The position numbers and the translations under genes are program-made. Below, in pieces: positions 8,604 to 17,863 of a stretch of 64,000 nt of DNA. Location of the stretch: positions 73,493-137,492 of the IMG/VR virus record IMGVR_UViG_3300020190_000010, one strand, 5' to 3'. The notes below the pieces were generated by a model, which had not been told where the DNA came from, did not search any database, and worked only from the letters and a program-made list of their open reading frames with translations. This DNA is from a virus. The first letter of the stretch is position 1; each line of letters starts with the position of its first letter.

Positions 8604-10183
8604 GTAAGAATCTAAAAGATATTATCAAAGAAGAATACGCAAAGTGTGCCGCTAATCCGGTATACTTTATGAAGCGTTATGCTAAAATTCAACATCCAAC
8701 CCGTGGCAAGATATTATTCGACCTATATCCATTTCAGGAAGATGTCCTCAAAGAATTTAACACTAACCGGTGGAACATTGTATTAAAGTCTCGTCAGTTA
8801 GGTATATCCACAGTTATTGCTGGATATTCACTTTGGTTGATGTTATTCAATCAAGATAAAAACATTCTTGTTATTGCTACAAAACAAGAAACTGCTAAAA
8901 ACTTGGTTACAAAAGTTCGTGTTATGTATGATAATATGCCAAGTTGGTTAAAGACTGGTGTTCAAGAAGATAATAAACTTTCACTCCGATTTAAGAACGG
9001 TTCACAAATTAAAGCCGTTTCTGCTGCAGCTGACTCTGCTCGTTCTGAAGCACTTTCACTTCTTATCATAGACGAGGCCGCCTTTATTGATGATATAGAT
9101 AGAATATGGGCATCTGCACAACAAACACTTGCAACCGGTGGTACTGCAATAATCAACTCTACTCCAAATGGTGTTGGTAATTTTTATCATAAACAATGGG
9201 TAAATGCAATAAACAAAGAAAGTGCATTTAATCCAATAGAATTATTATGGCAAGTTCATCCAGACCGTGACCAAAAATGGCGCGATGAACAAGACAAACT
9301 ATTGGGTCCTAATATGGCAAAACAAGAGTGTGATGGAAATTTTCTTACATCTGGTCGTTCCGTAATTGATGGTGAACTTGTCCAATGGTATGAACAAACT
9401 TATGTGTGTGAACCAAAAGAACGGCGTGGTGCAGAGGATGCTTATTGGATTTGGGATTATCCAGAACCAAATAAAACATATATGGTTATTGCTGACGTTG
9501 CTCGTGGTGACGGAAATGATAATTCAGCATTCCATGTGATTGATGTAGAAAATATGGAACAAGTTGCAGAATACAAAGGTAAACTCGATACAAAAACTTA
9601 TGGTAATATGTTAGTATCAGTTGCAACAGAATATAACGATGCTCTTCTTGTAGTTGAAAATGCTAACATTGGGTGGGCAGCAATTCAACAGATTATTGAT
9701 AGAGGTTATCCAAATCTTTATTATACATACCGTGAAGATGGGTATACTGATCCATCCGTTCATATTCCAAAGGGTTATGACTTAAAAGACAAGGCACAAA
9801 TGATTCCTGGATTTACTACAAGTGCTAAAACAAGACCACTTTTGATTTCAAAATTGGAAACATATTTTCGTGAAAGATTACCAATAATAAAGTCTTCAAG
9901 ATTAACACAAGAACTATATGTGTTTGTTTGGAATGGTGCAAAGGCAGAGGCACAAACAGGATATAATGATGACTTGGTTATGTCATTTGCAATAGGACTT
10001 TGGGTTAGAGATACTGCTCTAAAACTTCGTCAAGAAGGACTGATGAAGACACGAATGAGTTTGGATTATATGGGGAAATCAACAACACCACTAAAACCTT
10101 CATATCAATATGGAGATGACCTACATGGTTGGAATATGACAGTCAATGGTCAAAATGAAGACCTTACTTGGTTAATAAAATAG
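8600..10183 (+). CDS. terL: Terminase large subunit (T4 gp17-like)
   Basis: LYPFQ, KSRQLGIS (Walker A variant), LLIIDEAAF (Walker B), STPNG, and nuclease ADVARG...DDLVMS. Start at ATG 8600 overlaps the upstream TGA. Confidence 0.95.
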   Translation: MSKNLKDIIKEEYAKCAANPVYFMKRYAKIQHPTRGKILFDLYPFQEDVLKEFNTNRWNIVLKSRQLGISTVIAGYSLWLMLFNQDKNILVIATKQETAKNLVTKVRVMYDNMPSWLKTGVQEDNKLSLRFKNGSQIKAVSAAADSARSEALSLLIIDEAAFIDDIDRIWASAQQTLATGGTAIINSTPNGVGNFYHKQWVNAINKESAFNPIELLWQVHPDRDQKWRDEQDKLLGPNMAKQECDGNFLTSGRSVIDGELVQWYEQTYVCEPKERRGAEDAYWIWDYPEPNKTYMVIADVARGDGNDNSAFHVIDVENMEQVAEYKGKLDTKTYGNMLVSVATEYNDALLVVENANIGWAAIQQIIDRGYPNLYYTYREDGYTDPSVHIPKGYDLKDKAQMIPGFTTSAKTRPLLISKLETYFRERLPIIKSSRLTQELYVFVWNGAKAEAQTGYNDDLVMSFAIGLWVRDTALKLRQEGLMKTRMSLDYMGKSTTPLKPSYQYGDDLHGWNMTVNGQNEDLTWLIK

Positions 10184-10202
10184 AGTTTGTATTTTTTCCT
10201 AC

Positions 10203-10210
10203 ATATTTAT
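10203..10210 (+). promoter_or_regulatory. Putative phage late-promoter motif ATATTTAT (representative copy, before portal)
   Basis: The same 8-mer occurs in about 20 intergenic regions; see the corresponding finding. Confidence 0.65.
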
Positions 10211-10242
10211 ATTAAGTTTATATTACATAAAATAGGTGACAA

Positions 10243-12108
10243 ATGGCACAAAATAAATCATTGTTTGATAGACTAAAAACACTTTTTTCTACTAATGTTG
10301 TTGTTCGTAATGTTGGTGGTAAAAAATTAAAAGTTGTTGATACTGCTCGCTATCAAGGTGATGGAAACCCACACACATCAAAAGTTATTGATAGATATGG
10401 CAGATTACATGGAACAAAGGGAACACCAATATCAGTATACAATCAATACAATTCATTCGCAGCAACAAAAATAGATCTTTATACTGATTATGAATCAATG
10501 GACACAGATGCCATAATATCATCTGCACTTGACATATATGCAGATGAAAGCACACTCAAAAATAATCAAGGTGATGTTTTAACTATCAAAACTGACAATG
10601 ACAATATACGTAAAATTCTTCGTAATCTTTTTTATGATGTTCTTAATATAGAATATAATCTTTGGCCATGGATTCGTAATCTTTGTAAATACGGTGATTT
10701 TTATTTGTATATGGATGTAAAGGAAGAATTGGGTGTTACAAATGTTGTTCCGTTTTCACCATATGAAGTTCAAAGAGAAGAAGGAACTGATCCGGAACAT
10801 ATCTATATGACAAAATTTGTATACGAAGGTCCTCTTGGTAGAGGTGAATTTCAAAATTATGAAATGGCACATTTTAGATTATTAGGTGATACTAATTATC
10901 TTCCTTATGGTAAATCAATTTTAGAAGGTGCTCGTAAACTTTACAAACAACTAGTTTTAATGGAAGATGCGATGTTGATACATCGTATTATGCGTGCTCC
11001 TGAAAAACGTATTTTCAAAGTTGATATTGGTAATATACCACCGGCTGAAGTAGACCAATACATGAATAACCTTATGAATAGAATGAAGAAGACTCCCGTT
11101 ATCAATGAACAGACTGGTGACTACAATCTCCGTTTTAATATGCAAAATCTTTTGGAAGACTTTTATCTTCCTGTTCGTGGTGGACAATCTGGTACACAAA
11201 TTGAAACACTTGCAGGTTTACAATATCAAGCAATTGAAGATATTGAATATCTTAAAAGTAAAATATTTGCTGCCCTAAAAGTTCCAAAACCGTATTTGGG
11301 CTATGATGAAAGTATAGAAGGAAAGGCAACACTTGCCGCTCTTGATATTCGTTTTGCTAGAACAATAGAAAGAGTACAGAGAATTGTGATTTCTGAATTG
11401 ACAAAGATTGCTATTGTTCATCTATATTCACAGGGATATGAAAATGCAGATTTGGTAAACTTTGAATTGGGATTAACAGGACCTTCTATCATATATGAAC
11501 AAGAAAAAGTTGCTCTTATGAAAGAAAAAGTGGACTTGGCGGGAACACTGATAGAAAAGAAACTATTTTCATTGAAATATATTTATTCAAACATATTTAA
11601 CCTTTCAGAAGACGAAGCAGAATTTGAAAAGAATGAAGTTCTTGAAGATATTAAACATATGTTCCGTCAAAAACAAATTGAAAATGAAGGAAATGATCCA
11701 GCAGTAACAAAGGAGTCATTTGGAACACCACATGATATTGCAAGTATGCAAATTCGTGGTGGTAGTAAAATGATAACCGATAATGAAGTTCCAGAAGGTG
11801 GTTGGCCTGGAGCTGGTAGACCTGCTAAGAATTTAAGTTATGGAACAGATAACAGTCCATTTGGCAGGGATCCAATCGGAAAGAAAGATATTGGTAATAC
11901 ATTGAAGGTTAATAATTCACCAAAAGTAAATTACAAAGGAAATTCACCGTTATCACTTGAAAACCGTGATATAGGTAAATTGATAGATAGTATGTCCGGT
12001 ATAAAGATTAAAACAAAAAAAATAATATCGGAAAGTCTTAAACCGACTATTAAACACGAAAATGAATCAAATTTGTTGAATGAGAACAATTTATTAGATG
12101 AATTGTAA
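10243..12108 (+). CDS. gp20: Portal protein (T4 gp20-like)
   Basis: LMEDAMLIHRIMRAPEKRIFKVDIGN, EDFYLPVRGG, ALKVPK. Confidence 0.95.
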   Translation: MAQNKSLFDRLKTLFSTNVVVRNVGGKKLKVVDTARYQGDGNPHTSKVIDRYGRLHGTKGTPISVYNQYNSFAATKIDLYTDYESMDTDAIISSALDIYADESTLKNNQGDVLTIKTDNDNIRKILRNLFYDVLNIEYNLWPWIRNLCKYGDFYLYMDVKEELGVTNVVPFSPYEVQREEGTDPEHIYMTKFVYEGPLGRGEFQNYEMAHFRLLGDTNYLPYGKSILEGARKLYKQLVLMEDAMLIHRIMRAPEKRIFKVDIGNIPPAEVDQYMNNLMNRMKKTPVINEQTGDYNLRFNMQNLLEDFYLPVRGGQSGTQIETLAGLQYQAIEDIEYLKSKIFAALKVPKPYLGYDESIEGKATLAALDIRFARTIERVQRIVISELTKIAIVHLYSQGYENADLVNFELGLTGPSIIYEQEKVALMKEKVDLAGTLIEKKLFSLKYIYSNIFNLSEDEAEFEKNEVLEDIKHMFRQKQIENEGNDPAVTKESFGTPHDIASMQIRGGSKMITDNEVPEGGWPGAGRPAKNLSYGTDNSPFGRDPIGKKDIGNTLKVNNSPKVNYKGNSPLSLENRDIGKLIDSMSGIKIKTKKIISESLKPTIKHENESNLLNENNLLDEL

Positions 12109-12159
12109 AATTGCCTATATTTATTCTATGAAAGTGCACATAAACAGGTATAAGGAACA

Positions 12160-13002
12160 ATGAAGAAAATTAAACATTCTAAATTCAAAAATACTGCAAT
12201 GCTGTTTGAGTTATTGACTCGTCAAATAACATCAGACATCATTTCCTCCAACGAATCTGTTGCCATTCAGATTCTCAAAAAATTCTTTAATAAGAACACA
12301 GAACTTATTAAAGAATATAAATTGTATAAAACCCTTTGTGATGAAAAATTAAAGTCAGACACAAAGGCAAATATGTTAATAGAGGCAGTATTGAAAGCAA
12401 GACGTGGATTAAACAAACATAAATTACAGAACGAAAAGTATGAATTGATAAAATCAATCAAAGAAAACTTTGATATTGATACATTTTTTCAAACAAAAGT
12501 TCAAAATTACAAACTTCTTGCTTCCGTATACAAAGTTTTTGAATATAATGAATTGGATAATCCAGTTGAAATTACAAAGTCTCGTATAACCATACTTGAA
12601 AGTATAACATCAAAACAAAATACATCCGTAATAACCGAAGATGTTGCTATTGCACAGGAACCAAAAGAAGTTCGTTTGATGGCTTACAAGTATCTTGTTG
12701 AAAAATTTAATGCAAAATATAGTAATTTAACGGAATCACAAAAGGTATTATTACGAGAATACATAGAAAATGTTAGTAATACAAATAACTTAAAGTCTCT
12801 TGTTCAAACAGAAGCGGTAACTATAAAAAGATTGTTTACAAAAAATATGCATAGGGTAAAAGACAAATCTCTAAAAATAAAATTACAAGAAGTTGCAGGA
12901 CTTTTGGATGAATATGAAACGATAAAGAAAGTAGAAGAAAATCATATCTCTGCTCTACTTCGTTATTACAGTTTAATAGACGATTTATCATGGAGTAAAT
13001 AA
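12160..13002 (+). CDS. Hypothetical head-module protein
   Basis: Long ORF with TAAGGA SD, between portal and protease. Confidence 0.7.
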   Translation: MKKIKHSKFKNTAMLFELLTRQITSDIISSNESVAIQILKKFFNKNTELIKEYKLYKTLCDEKLKSDTKANMLIEAVLKARRGLNKHKLQNEKYELIKSIKENFDIDTFFQTKVQNYKLLASVYKVFEYNELDNPVEITKSRITILESITSKQNTSVITEDVAIAQEPKEVRLMAYKYLVEKFNAKYSNLTESQKVLLREYIENVSNTNNLKSLVQTEAVTIKRLFTKNMHRVKDKSLKIKLQEVAGLLDEYETIKKVEENHISALLRYYSLIDDLSWSK

Positions 13003-13322
13003 TGGCAGTTAATCAAATACACCCATATAATTTTCCTGCTTCACAGGCAAGTGAATTTGAAAGAAAGGGGCATCCTGGAAAATTCTTTCAATCAATAACT
13101 TGTGAAACCGGAACTACAACTTTTACTTCCTCTAATTTTGGTGCAGGTGGTATAATTGTACCAAATGGAACTACGGGAACTGCATCATTGTCTTTAGGTG
13201 GGACCATTCCACTTTCTGCTATGGCCAGCACTGCTGCAGTTATACACGAATTATCATTACAGAGTGTAACGGTGGATAGTGGAACCGTATATGTTTTAAT
13301 TCGTAATCAAATGATTAGGTAA
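13002..13322 (+). CDS. Hypothetical beta-rich protein (possible capsid decoration)
   Basis: Coupled ORF, G/S/T-rich. Confidence 0.55.
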   Translation: MAVNQIHPYNFPASQASEFERKGHPGKFFQSITCETGTTTFTSSNFGAGGIIVPNGTTGTASLSLGGTIPLSAMASTAAVIHELSLQSVTVDSGTVYVLIRNQMIR

Positions 13323-13325
13323 TAT

Positions 13326-13829
13326 ATGAATGTAGAGTCTTTCATAAAAAAATTAAAAGAATCAGAAGAATACCGTCAGTTTGCAGAAGAATTATCATTA
13401 GATGAAATGAGCACAACTGCTGGTGTTCCCGGATACCAAACGCCAAATGCTTTTGCTAAGAGTGAAGAAGATTTTGAAGAACACAACAAAGAAACTGCAG
13501 AAGTTTATGGATATAAACTTGTTCCTAAAACAAAAAAGAAAAATTATGAATCAACCTACAAACAGGCAATGGGTTTAATTTCGGAAGGAACATATAAAGA
13601 TTTTAGAACGGATGAAACAAGAAGTTCAAACAGAAAAATAAATGATTCAATTAAGAATATAAATAGAACAATCTACGAAGTAGAAAGAGTTGTTGAACAT
13701 GCATTGAGATTAAAAACAGAAATGAATGTTGATCAAAGAACTCTTTGGGGTGAATCAATGACTAGATTGAGAAAAATATCCGAAAGAATAAATAGAATTA
13801 CAAAAAAGATTAACGAATTAGGTGCATAA
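13326..13829 (+). CDS. Hypothetical head-module protein
   Basis: LDE|MSTTAGVPGYQTPNAF motif followed by a coiled coil. Confidence 0.65.
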   Translation: MNVESFIKKLKESEEYRQFAEELSLDEMSTTAGVPGYQTPNAFAKSEEDFEEHNKETAEVYGYKLVPKTKKKNYESTYKQAMGLISEGTYKDFRTDETRSSNRKINDSIKNINRTIYEVERVVEHALRLKTEMNVDQRTLWGESMTRLRKISERINRITKKINELGA

Positions 13830-13831
13830 AA

Positions 13832-14503
13832 ATGAAAGAACTACTCGTAGACACCATACTTTTTAATGTAAATCCAAAAATGATTACCGAATCTGAAAAG
13901 AAAAATGACGGTAAAGTTATAGTTTCGGGTGTTTTACAAAGAGCTGAAGTAAAAAATCAAAATGGTAGAGTATATCCTAAAAAGATTTTAATGCGTGAAG
14001 TTAAGAAGTATACCGAAAATCAAATAAAAGAAAATCGTGCGCTCGGTGAACTTGATCATCCAGATTCATCGGTTATCAATCTTCGTAATGTTTCACATAA
14101 TGTTCTCGGTGTAGATTGGAAAGGTAATGATGTAGTTGGAACAGTTGAGATACTACCAACACCATCCGGAAATATCCTAAAACAACTTCTTGATGCGGGT
14201 ATTCGTCTTGGAATATCATCAAGAGGTTTAGGTTCTGTTGAAGAAATAAGTGAAAGCACAGTTGAAGTTCAAGATGATTTTGAATTGATTGGTTGGGATT
14301 TTGTTTCAAACCCATCAACTCATGGTGCATTTATGTATCCACAAGGAATGAAAGAAGGTTTACATGAAGAATTGATTACAGAAGGTATATCAACTTCAAC
14401 AATTGCAAAAATAGATCCTAAAATAAATCGCATCCACAATAATATAACAAACATTATTTGTGAAATTGGTAATGTTTGTGAATGTATATTTGATGGAAGA
14501 TAA
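13832..14503 (+). CDS. gp21: Prohead protease (T4 gp21-like)
   Basis: NQNGRVYP, ALGELDHP, VSH, GISSRGLGS, DFVSNPS. Confidence 0.95.
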   Translation: MKELLVDTILFNVNPKMITESEKKNDGKVIVSGVLQRAEVKNQNGRVYPKKILMREVKKYTENQIKENRALGELDHPDSSVINLRNVSHNVLGVDWKGNDVVGTVEILPTPSGNILKQLLDAGIRLGISSRGLGSVEEISESTVEVQDDFELIGWDFVSNPSTHGAFMYPQGMKEGLHEELITEGISTSTIAKIDPKINRIHNNITNIICEIGNVCECIFDGR

Positions 14504-14505
14504 CG

Positions 14506-15102
14506 ATGCCGGCATTATCACAACAGCAACAGAAGTTAATGGGACTTGCACTCTCTTACAAAAGAGGTAAAGTTGCTTCAAGTGATGTTAGTAAATCTGT
14601 AAAGGATTTGGCGTCATCAATGTCTGAAAAAGAATTAGAAAAATATGCTAGAACATCACATAAAGGTCTTCCTAAAAAAGTTGGTGAAACAAAAACATCA
14701 ATGACAAGAGAAGAAATAAATAAACTTGTTTCGGATGCTGTTCAAGAAGTAATGAACGAAAAATTTAGTACAAAAGTTCTTACATCTGAACAAAAACAAC
14801 AATATATTGAGGCAATTTCAAAATACAATCAATACAGAGAGGTAGTTCATCGTTCAAAGGCACTACCAGAAATAGTTTCTGAAATAAAAAGACTTGTTGA
14901 ATTTGCAAGTAAAAACATGGTTGAGGAGTCTGGCGATTGGTTTGAAGGTGTATCACATAGAAGAAACTCAAAAAGATTGAGAGAATCTGTAAATGAATTT
15001 CAAAAAATATCGGAAAAAATTGTTAAATTACAAAGAACCCTGGAGTCTATCTACGAGAACATAGGTAAACAACTCGGAACATTTTACGAAATAAAAAAAT
15101 AA
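14506..15102 (+). CDS. Hypothetical protein (PAxSxxQQKLMGLAL...HKGLPKK N-terminal module)
   Basis: Basic N-terminal module followed by a helical domain. Confidence 0.65.
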   Translation: MPALSQQQQKLMGLALSYKRGKVASSDVSKSVKDLASSMSEKELEKYARTSHKGLPKKVGETKTSMTREEINKLVSDAVQEVMNEKFSTKVLTSEQKQQYIEAISKYNQYREVVHRSKALPEIVSEIKRLVEFASKNMVEESGDWFEGVSHRRNSKRLRESVNEFQKISEKIVKLQRTLESIYENIGKQLGTFYEIKK

Positions 15103-15110
15103 AGGAAAAA

Positions 15111-15344
15111 ATGGTTATGTCAGACAGAGTTTATACCAGTTCAAAACCTGCTCATGTTAAAGTTAAGGCAGGTGGAATGAATGTAGATACAATGATTAAG
15201 GTATTTAAACGTAAGGTAAAGGAAGCCGGTATTCTTGAAGAATATAAAAACCGCATGGAATATATTAAACCATCAAAAAGAAAATCTGAAAAAAGAAATG
15301 CTGCTGTAAGAAGACAGAGAAAACTCGATTCAGAAAACATTTAA
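15111..15344 (+). CDS. rpsU: Ribosomal protein bS21
   Basis: VKV....NVDTMIKVFKRKVKEAGILEEYKNRMEYIKPSKRK..KR.AA.RR matches the bS21 signature (FKR...G...E.K.R..Y.KPS). Confidence 0.9.
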   Translation: MVMSDRVYTSSKPAHVKVKAGGMNVDTMIKVFKRKVKEAGILEEYKNRMEYIKPSKRKSEKRNAAVRRQRKLDSENI

Positions 15345-15354
15345 TGGAGATAAA

Positions 15355-16545
15355 ATGACCTTTGCTAGTATTGAAAAACTAATCCGTGACGAAACACGGA
15401 AAGTTATTGAAAACCTGGAAAGGTCTTTTTCGTTATCAGAAGAAGACGAAAAACCTGCAAGCGAAGATCCTAAAAAAATGCTTGTTGTTAATAAAGAAAG
15501 TGGAAAGTCGTATTACATAAGTAAAAAAAGTTTTGATCCAACAAAACATCAAAAATCTGCTCCAAAAGAAACTACAAAAGAAGAAGAAGAAGAAACTTCT
15601 TCAGAAGAAACATCAACTGATTCTGAAGAAGAAATTAAAACCGATGATTCAAAAAAAGAAGATTCTGCAACTTCTGATGAAGAAAAACCAAAAGGTGATG
15701 CGGGTGATAAAGCAGAAAAAAAACCAGAACAAAAACCAAAAGAACCAAATGAAGAAAAAACTGGATTAAAAACTGTTGGTTTTTTGAATAAAGTTGATGC
15801 AGAAAAATTAGATACCAAAACAGACAATCTATATCCAAAAACACGTGAACAACTGTTGGAATATGATTATGAAGATATAATTGATATGTATGATTTAAGA
15901 TTTGATGAAGATGGGGTAAATTTTAAAAAGTTATACAAACGAGCAGAAATGATTGCAGTATCAAAGTATTCTTTAATAACACCAAAATCAATAGATAAAG
16001 AAACTCTAATGGCATTGGGTTATTATTATTTGAATACTGAAAGAATAATTAACATATTGAGATTTGCTAAACCAAGTTTAACAAAACCTGAAATACAAAA
16101 ACAATTAAAGTTAGGTAAACCAAAAGAAGGCGATAAAAGGGAAAAACAATATAAAAGTGCAATGAATGCATTTACTATTCGTGAAATGAACTATGCATTT
16201 GACGAACAATTACAAAAATTAGAATATAATATAGTTTCATATCGTTCCGTAGAAAATGAAAAAGTATTACAAATGTTTATTGATGCAGGACAATGGGTAG
16301 ATAAATCGTTTGTAACAACATCATTAAACCCTTTAATTACAGAAGGAACTGGAAAAAAGAGATTGCCATTATTTGAATTTTTAATTCCTGCTGGAACGTC
16401 TATACTAACATTACCATGTCACTCAAATGATTATTGTCACGAAACAGAGGTAACACTTCCAAGAAATTGTAGATATACTATACAAGGATTTAACGATACC
16501 AGAAATATTTACAAGATATTAGTGGAGCAAAACTATGGCCGATGA
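15355..16545 (+). CDS. ADP-ribosyltransferase (VIP2/Alt-like R-S-E class) with acidic N-terminal linker
   Basis: YY...IN..LR, then SYRSV (R), FVTTSL (STS-like) and HETEVTLPRN (ExE). Confidence 0.8.
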   Translation: MTFASIEKLIRDETRKVIENLERSFSLSEEDEKPASEDPKKMLVVNKESGKSYYISKKSFDPTKHQKSAPKETTKEEEEETSSEETSTDSEEEIKTDDSKKEDSATSDEEKPKGDAGDKAEKKPEQKPKEPNEEKTGLKTVGFLNKVDAEKLDTKTDNLYPKTREQLLEYDYEDIIDMYDLRFDEDGVNFKKLYKRAEMIAVSKYSLITPKSIDKETLMALGYYYLNTERIINILRFAKPSLTKPEIQKQLKLGKPKEGDKREKQYKSAMNAFTIREMNYAFDEQLQKLEYNIVSYRSVENEKVLQMFIDAGQWVDKSFVTTSLNPLITEGTGKKRLPLFEFLIPAGTSILTLPCHSNDYCHETEVTLPRNCRYTIQGFNDTRNIYKILVEQNYGR

Positions 16546-16663
16546 AAAGAAAATAGATACAAAAGACCGAAATAAGAGATACATCTATACAGAAAATGAT
16601 GCAAAATCAATCTTTCAGTATGATCCTACAAAAAAACCTATCGAAAAAATAGAAAAAAAATAA
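16535..16663 (+). CDS. 42-aa small protein overlapping the ART stop (absent from the ORF track)
   Basis: GGAG at 16524-16527, ATG 16535, MADEKKIDTKDRNKRYIYTENDAKSIFQYDPTKKPIEKIEKK, TAA 16661-16663. Confidence 0.55.
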   Translation: MADEKKIDTKDRNKRYIYTENDAKSIFQYDPTKKPIEKIEKK

Positions 16664-16771
16664 CTTTCCTTATACTTATACTTACATAATACTCTATTCG
16701 TTATAGAGTCCGATATTATTTTTTATTGCAATTAGTGTTTCAAATAACACTAAAAATAGTTGGAGATTTTT

Positions 16772-17845
16772 ATGAATGATTTATTGAAAGAAGCTATTGC
16801 AGATGCAAAAGCCGTTAAGGAAGTAGCATTAGCAAACGCTAAATTGGCATTGGAAGAAGCATTCACTCCGCGTTTGCAGTCTATGCTTTCCAAAAAGTTG
16901 GCAGAGGAGGCAGAAGCCGAAGAGCCAGTTGAGGAAGGTGAGGGTGAAGAAGAAGCACCCGTAGAAGAATACGGATTTTATAGCGAAGGTGATGATGAAG
17001 AACCTGCTATGGAAGAAGGTGAAGGCGAAGAAGAAAAGGTTGAAGAAGCCGAAGAAGAAGAAGAAAAGGTTGAAGAAGCTGAAGGTGAAGAAGAAGAAAA
17101 AGTTGAAGAAGGTGAAGATGAAGAAGAACCAATGGATGAAGAATTGATGGAGATTATTCGTCAATTAGAAGAAGACATTGATTCATCCGAAATCGGTGGC
17201 GGTGACAACAAGAAACCTTCCGCAGTTGCATCTGATGACAGCACAGAAGATAAGGGTGAAAAACTTGTTCAACTTGTTGAAGAAGAAGATGAAGATTCCG
17301 AAGAAGTTGCTGAAATCAAAGAAATTCTCCGTGCTCTTCGTGAAGAAGAAGAAGGTGAAAAGGCAGAAGAAAAAGTTGAAGAAGGTGAAGATGAAGAAGA
17401 AGTAGACATCAAAGAAGTTCTCCGTGCTCTTCGTGAAGAAGAAGACGAAGAAAAAGTTGAAGAAGCTGAAGAAGAAAAGGAAAAGGAAGTGGCAGAAGCA
17501 AAACTTCGTGAAGCTTATGCTGTAATTTCTTTCTTGCGTTCTAAAATCAATGAAGTCAATCTTTTGAACTCAAAATTGCTCTTCTCTAACAAGTTATTCC
17601 GCAAGCATTCACTCAATGAAAAACAAAAAATGACTGTTATCGAAAACTTTGATCGTGCATCAAGTCTTCGTGAAGTTAAATTGGTCTATGCTACACTTTG
17701 CGAATCGTTGAGAACAACAAAGATTAAACAAATTAAAGAATCTTTCGCGTCAAAACCAACCGCAAGTACCCGCCCATCAAAACCAATCTTGAATGAAGGT
17801 GATGATATGGCAAATCGTTTACGTAAATTAGCAGGTTTGAAATAA
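16772..17845 (+). CDS. gp22: Prohead scaffolding/core protein (gp22-like)
   Basis: Very Glu-rich, directly upstream of the MCP, C-terminal RLRKLAGL; GGAG SD before ATG 16772. Confidence 0.8.
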   Translation: MNDLLKEAIADAKAVKEVALANAKLALEEAFTPRLQSMLSKKLAEEAEAEEPVEEGEGEEEAPVEEYGFYSEGDDEEPAMEEGEGEEEKVEEAEEEEEKVEEAEGEEEEKVEEGEDEEEPMDEELMEIIRQLEEDIDSSEIGGGDNKKPSAVASDDSTEDKGEKLVQLVEEEDEDSEEVAEIKEILRALREEEEGEKAEEKVEEGEDEEEVDIKEVLRALREEEDEEKVEEAEEEKEKEVAEAKLREAYAVISFLRSKINEVNLLNSKLLFSNKLFRKHSLNEKQKMTVIENFDRASSLREVKLVYATLCESLRTTKIKQIKESFASKPTASTRPSKPILNEGDDMANRLRKLAGLK

Positions 17846-17863
17846 TTTTTTAAGGAAAAAACA

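Noticed and set aside
12128-12163. Short upstream ORF overlapping the start at 12160 (similar mini-ORFs at 26625 and 47563)
   Set aside because: Very short ORFs like these are expected by chance in AT-rich DNA, and there is no independent support.
16900-17500. GAA-rich repeats as a non-coding element
   Set aside because: Explained by the Glu-rich scaffold coding sequence.
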